Source: an uncultured virus (IMG/VR IMGVR_UViG_3300031963_000086) (taxonomy: Duplodnaviria; Heunggongvirae; Uroviricota; Caudoviricetes). Taken from it: DNA of 64,000 bases. The notes below the pieces were generated by a model. That model searched no databases. It was given only the letters and a program-made list of their open reading frames with translations, and was not told where the DNA came from. Below, piece by piece: positions 62,980-64,000 of this stretch. A program made the position numbers and the translations under genes. The stretch's first letter is position 1. Each line of letters opens with the position of its first letter. Location of the stretch: the IMG/VR virus record IMGVR_UViG_3300031963_000086. One strand, 5' to 3'.

Positions 62980-63696
62980 CTATTGCACCAAATAAATATC
63001 CCCATATTTATCCTCACCCCAATAATGAACCCAATCGGGGTATTGAGTAGGTAGCAATTCCGCAATCCTTGGTGTGTTCAAAGCACTTGCAATAGCAAGG
63101 GGCGCACTTTGGTTTCCCATAAACCTATTGCTTTTTGCAATGTATGTAAACCAATCCTCCATCGTTTGTGGAACGACCAATTGACACATATCCTTTAGTG
63201 GGAATAAATCGTAATCGTGTTGGCTTCCAAGGAATATGGTTTTTTCGTGTTGTTGAATTTGCATCAAATAAGAATCGCGAATATGGTCGCTCATCGGGTT
63301 TTTGTATCTCCGATTAATGACAAGGGTGTCATTCCAATCACGAACTTCATTGTAAGTCATCCAAGCACCACTTACGGGTTCATCATTCGGGAAAAAGGTA
63401 AGCGACATTATTTCAGTCCAACACCTCCGATACAAATGCGGACTTGTTCTAAACAAAGTCGTATTGTACTCGATAGGTTGACCTTCCCAAATTTCAAATC
63501 CTTCATTCCCCTTTTGTTGACGAATTATCGGCCTTAACTCCTTTCGGGTATTGTGAACACCATTCTCAAAAGGCTCTACAACTTCGGTAATGTAAATCTT
63601 TGACCTTTGCCCGTGGCGAACCCACAAATGGTTCGCCACATACATAGAGTGAATCAAATCACCCAACTTGCCACTTACTAAAATGCTACTTGCCAT
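62980..63696 (-). CDS. GT9-like glycosyltransferase
   Basis: SGKLGDLIHS, FMGNQSAP.AIA.AL..PR. Confidence 0.65.
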   Translation of the reverse strand: MASSILVSGKLGDLIHSMYVANHLWVRHGQRSKIYITEVVEPFENGVHNTRKELRPIIRQQKGNEGFEIWEGQPIEYNTTLFRTSPHLYRRCWTEIMSLTFFPNDEPVSGAWMTYNEVRDWNDTLVINRRYKNPMSDHIRDSYLMQIQQHEKTIFLGSQHDYDLFPLKDMCQLVVPQTMEDWFTYIAKSNRFMGNQSAPLAIASALNTPRIAELLPTQYPDWVHYWGEDKYGDIYLVQ

Positions 63697-63937
63697 ACAT
63701 TTTACTATCGCCTTGCTTGTAAAGTTTTTGTTGCTCTCCTTTGGCAATGGCGTTCATCTCTTCGTCAATGGCTTGGATTAAGTCATTCCGTTGTTGGTTG
63801 GCAATGTTTGTGGTGCGCGTGGCCTTCGCAATATCGGCATCCGTTGCTTTGGGGTCGCGCTTTATATCCTCGGCCATCCAAATCTTGATGTTTACGATGG
63901 ATAGTTGGTCAATCAAGTTTCCTATGGTCACTTTCAT
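63686..63937 (-). CDS. Small helical protein of the type found in glycosyltransferase clusters
   Basis: TIG.LID.LSI..IKIW..ED....N.QRN.LI..ID. Confidence 0.6.
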   Translation of the reverse strand: MKVTIGNLIDQLSIVNIKIWMAEDIKRDPKATDADIAKATRTTNIANQQRNDLIQAIDEEMNAIAKGEQQKLYKQGDSKMYGK

Positions 63938-64000
63938 TTCAAGTCCTCCTTGGTGTAAATTCTAAATTGTGGGCAAGGAACGATGAACGCGCCTCCTTTT

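Noticed and set aside
1..64000. Alternative genetic code or a cellular chromosome origin
   Set aside because: Long ORFs tile densely under the standard code with TAA, TGA and TAG stops; no ribosomal or core housekeeping operons, rRNA or integrase seen

Overview
This window is part of a large (>64 kb) dsDNA virus genome. The host is most likely in Bacteroidota: TAnnTTTG -7 promoter boxes precede many ORFs and the leaders are A-rich without Shine-Dalgarno sites. No terminase, portal, HK97-type capsid or tail tube/sheath gene is recognisable here. Instead there is an A32/FtsK-HerA-type packaging ATPase (33397-34209), an adjacent beta-rich major-capsid candidate (32367-33062) with two partial paralogs, about 30 small single-TM proteins and beta-helix spike/fibre proteins, which together suggest a tailless, membrane-containing (Varidnaviria-like) virion. 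Other modules: early/recombination genes (DUF932, compact PolB-like palm, Cas4/RecB-like exonuclease, RecT, RusA); cell-wall enzymes; a glycosyltransferase-sulfotransferase-APS kinase operon; large polyvalent proteins whose domains (ART-like, GNAT, ParB, RelA/SpoT) are separated by repeated [MFY]xxGG linkers; a MoxR AAA+ pair; tRNA-Met(CAT); several candidate sRNA units. The strongest finding is the operon CmoA-like carboxy-SAM synthase + chorismate mutase + C5-cytosine methyltransferase with an Asn->Arg change in motif X (GRSVPP), which predicts a self-contained pathway to 5-carboxymethylcytosine in DNA. All calls come from reading motifs by eye; no database searches or counts were run.
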